This document shows, in pieces, positions 54,514-64,000 of a DNA stretch of 64,000 nt. Made by a program: the position numbers and the translations under genes. Position 1 is the stretch's first letter; every line of letters starts with the position of its first letter. The stretch is taken from assembly GCF_009914755.1 (NCBI RefSeq), contig NC_060927.1, one strand, 5' to 3'. This DNA is from the human T2T-CHM13v2.0 reference genome, Homo sapiens. The notes under the pieces were generated by a model. That model did not search any database and was not told the DNA's origin. It saw only the letters and a program-made list of their open reading frames with translations.

Positions 54514-55398
54514 TTATTTTGAGCTACAGCATGGACAGCACCAACAACACAGTACTCTGCAAGGATTTCTTTTTTTGTATTTTACAGCTAGTCCAAATTT
54601 CTCTTTAGTATTGTTAACATACTCTTTTGTACTATTCACTGTCATTTCAATATTGTTGATGCTCTCTCCTTGTTCCTCTACTAAAAGAGATATCTGAATG
54701 AAAAGATCCCTTAAATCCTTTATTTGGTTCTCCAAATTAACAAGTTCCTTGTGTCTCTGTTCAATCTCTGAAAGTTGTGCTTTAGTGATATTGATTTCTG
54801 TAAGTAAGCTTTCATTAAAAACTTCCCATTTTCCTTGATGAAGCATATCATTTACATCTTCTTCAGACATCTCTTTTCCAGCAACTTCAAGCTGACGTAA
54901 AATAAATGTCTTGCACTTCTCTTGCTTTGCTGCTATTGTGTCATTGTATATAAACATGATTTGCTGAAAATGGCGGAACATTGCAGCATGCTGAGATTTA
55001 AGTATCCTTGTGACCACTGAAGATGGACCATTTTCAACCTCTGACTTTTTAACTTCTTTAACTAAATCATTCAAACTTCTGTTGATGTATTCTGCCTGAA
55101 TTTTTATCTCCTTTGTAATGGTAGACTCTCTCTTAAGTAGACTAAACCTTCTCATTGAAGCCACCAGACTTTTCTGTTGCTGCCCAAATTTTTGAACATT
55201 ATCTGCCAAATTGTTAATACTTTCCTGTAGTTTTTGGATTTCATGTAGGTGTCTCTCAGCTACAGGCTCTCTTTCATAAATAACAGCTTGCTGTAGAAAC
55301 ACCCCTTGTTCCTCTGTTTCTGTAGTTGATACATGACTGTCTCTAGAGAGTTCAATTTCCTTTGTTCTCTGCTTTAGTTCTTGAAGTCGGTCTTTCAT
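54514..55398 (-). CDS. STX19: Syntaxin-19 (294 aa, CDS in a single exon), nested antisense in ARL13B intron 3
   Basis: ORF from MKDRLQEL (Met29 of the 322-aa track ORF); Habc + Qa-SNARE motif (LVEEQGESINNIE), no transmembrane segment, Cys-rich tail CRVLCCWCCPCCSSK; acceptor tttttgcttcttag 13 nt upstream of ATG (exon starts 55411). Confidence 0.97.
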   Translation of the reverse strand: MKDRLQELKQRTKEIELSRDSHVSTTETEEQGVFLQQAVIYEREPVAERHLHEIQKLQESINNLADNVQKFGQQQKSLVASMRRFSLLKRESTITKEIKIQAEYINRSLNDLVKEVKKSEVENGPSSVVTRILKSQHAAMFRHFQQIMFIYNDTIAAKQEKCKTFILRQLEVAGKEMSEEDVNDMLHQGKWEVFNESLLTEINITKAQLSEIEQRHKELVNLENQIKDLRDLFIQISLLVEEQGESINNIEMTVNSTKEYVNNTKEKFGLAVKYKKRNPCRVLCCWCCPCCSSK

Positions 55399-56764
55399 CT
55401 TCCCTTTCCTCCTAAGAAGCAAAAATTTTTGTGTTGAACAAGTAGAAATTTGGTATTTTTCCCCAGTAGCAGTTGACTTCACATAACTGTCTATATCCCA
55501 GCAAAAGTTCTCCTAGTTTTCTCAAATGAGGTTAAAAAGTTAGAAAAAACCAATGAGTTTCCTCATAAAAACCATTTAAATAGGGAAAGAAATATAAAAT
55601 AATTTGTAAGTTACTTTGCATGTGAGTGCTATTTAGTTGTGTGCAATAGCTGAGAAAGCAGTGATGCAGACACAGTTGGTCAAAAATATTTGTCACATGA
55701 TAGTTTTTTTTTGTAATAAAGAATGCTTTTGACTATACCTTCAACCTATAGGATTAGTCTTCAGATGCCAAAAATGCCCTTGTTACTAAAGATACTGTTT
55801 CCGGTTAATTTGGCCAATGTAATATTAAAAAATACTCATTTTGCTAAATATGCATCATTCAGTTAAAACCATTGTAGTGACAGTACAGATTTTATATGAG
55901 AACGTTAAGCTATATGGATAATATTGAATTTATTTTAAATTTTCCGAAGCCTCTGAATTAACGTATTACTTGGCATAATGTTTTTTCTAGCTGTTGCATA
56001 TATGTGAAAACATTGGTTTGATTATGCTGATTTCTCATTCTTAGCATTCTTTTGCAAAGATATCCAGACTGTCTTAGAACAAAATTTATATCAATTTGTG
56101 TTAGGTGATACTTTTATAAACATGAGAATATATTTATATACAATCTTATTTTAGGAGTAATAATGATATTGACACTTATCACATGCTGTGTTGGTAGTTA
56201 TCTGTAAGAATCAAATTGATGTACATAATTTATATTTAATGATATAGATATATATGAAATGACATACATACATATAAAATGAAGGGAATAAAAAGCAGTA
56301 AAATGCTATTATCACAGAGCAACTTGATTTTAGAAATGTCTTTCAAGACATTTTTGAAGATAAGAAGAGGCTGTTAGGGAGTACAGATAGCTCATTGGAC
56401 CACATATAATATTAATATCAACCAGAAAAAAAAGGTCTCTGAATGTGATGCTGTTATGCTGTAGGACTCAGTGTTTGATATGTTTATGGAAATATTTCTA
56501 TTAATCTGGATGTTGTCATAGGAGGCATACTTAACAAATGTGTAGATGGTGTAAAATTTGGAGGAATCTTTAGTATGTTGAAGTACAGGGTAGGGATTCA
56601 AATATTAAAATAGTGTGGAACTTTATACTAAAAATAACAAAAATATATTTAACAGGAATAGATTTAAAATATTTCATCTAGCTATAAGAAAAATATTTTC
56701 GTATCTACAGAGTAGAAGACCCTTGGGTTCACAATAGTGTCTATGAAAGTATTGGAGATTTTAA

Positions 56765-62554
<5,790 letters not shown>

Positions 62555-64000
62555 GCTTTTTTGGTTTTAGTTATTTTATTGAATTTCTTCTATGGAAGAT
62601 GTGGATTTAATCTTCTCTCACACCCCCATTCTTCCCTCACCTTCCCCCTTTTAATACAGTTATATCACAAATTTTGGTTAATCAATATTTTGTGTTTACA
62701 TTATTGTGACTACCCAAATATTATTTATATGTGAGTCACCTAAGGTACTGTAGCTGTATTTCCTTTCTCAAATAATTTTTTAAATTATTTCTAAGTTTTT
62801 TCAATGGATAGAGATAGAAAATGAATATATTTAAGAAAACTTCTTATTGACATATTTATATATACAGAAAGTCCCCCAGAACATAAATGTATATTATGGT
62901 GATTTTTCACAAAGTAAATACATCCATGTAACTACCACATAGATCAAGAAACATATAACATTTAATTTTAAGAAAATATTAATTACCAAAGTTTTTCACC
63001 TGCTTAATTTTGTACATACATCACTAATTCATTCTAAAACTGAAGTGAATTGAACATATCCTCTTGACATATTTAAATATAGAATATATATATTTTTATT
63101 TCATTTTATTCATCTTTTGAGGCTCCTTTCCTGGAAACTCTAATGTAACCTGATTGTGTTAGAATTTTCTTCCTCTTTTATATTCTCTATTTTTGATTTC
63201 CAATTCCTCACCTTTCTTGGTTTATCTCCTTGATTTGGGAGTGTACCATAGCTCCTTTTCAAAACATAAATGCAATGATAATTTTCATTACTGAAAATAT
63301 TTTTATTCTGTCCTATACTTGAATACTATATTTTCTGTGGATATAAGTTTCAGTTGGAAATTATATTCCCTCAAAATTTTGAAAGTTTTGTTACTACATC
63401 TTCTAGTTTTGTTACCTCTGAATATTCTGCCCTGTGTTTTCTGATATTTTGTAGATCTGTTTTTATATTTCCTTTCATGAAATTCTTGACCTTTTTTTCA
63501 TATTCCTGGTGTTCTGAAATTTCACAACAATGTGATCTGGGGTAGGTCTTGATGCATTTATTTGGTAAACATATAGTTGGTCTTTTCAACCTAGAAACTC
63601 ATGTATTTACGGTCTTGCTTTTTTTTTAAATAATTTCTTTAAGAACTTTATTTTCTCCATTTTCTTTGTATTATTTTCATGGCCTTTCAGACATTAAGAA
63701 AATTAAAGAAACAGTCCAGTCCAAGAAAAGCAACGTCCAAATAAGGGGAATTTTAAAGTGACTTGCCTAAGGCCACACAACTAAAAGGTGGCAGATCCTA
63801 CGTTTAGACATATCTACTTGATTGCAAATCTGTTCTTTTTCCCCTATTGTCTATTGAGTAGAAATTGGTTATCCTAGTGAAATATACACAAATAATGTTT
63901 ATCTATATCAAATACTGTATTATGTTACTAATATACATACTATATCTATTTAAAAGAAAAAATTTAGCAGGAGATAATATAGCATATAGGATCTAAAATA

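Noticed and set aside
55399-55482. 28-aa N-terminal extension of STX19 in the ORF track
   Set aside because: It starts at a non-ATG codon and runs through the splice acceptor at 55412-55413, so it is mostly intronic

Overview
Human/great-ape genomic DNA from the PROS1-ARL13B-STX19 locus (chr3q11). PROS1 coding exon 1 (minus strand, 13799-13874) and ARL13B coding exon 1 (plus strand, 20552-20610) are divergent, each in its own CpG island about 6.5 kb apart. ARL13B coding exons 1-3 are present, and the whole STX19 CDS (54514-55398, minus strand) is nested antisense in ARL13B intron 3. Retrocopies: an HMGN1 processed pseudogene, a U6 copy and a Y4 RNA copy. The rest is repeat-rich: about 35 Alus, solo LTRs, a decayed ERVL provirus carrying a five-layer nested insertion, MER/Tigger DNA transposons and L2/L1 remnants. 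The most interesting observations not explained by that annotation are: (i) a degenerate in-register duplicate of part of ARL13B exon 3, 1.28 kb upstream of the real exon; (ii) a 321-nt exon 2+3 unit flanked by inverted Alus that would be a stop-free circular ORF if back-spliced; (iii) an overlapping uORF whose stop overlaps ARL13B Met5 (TGATG); (iv) an exonisable antisense Alu; (v) an STX19 poly(A) signal overlapping its stop codon; (vi) an Alu+Y4 unit sharing one target-site duplication. No evidence of a wholly new gene system. Repeat subfamily calls come from recalled consensus sequences and their boundaries are approximate.
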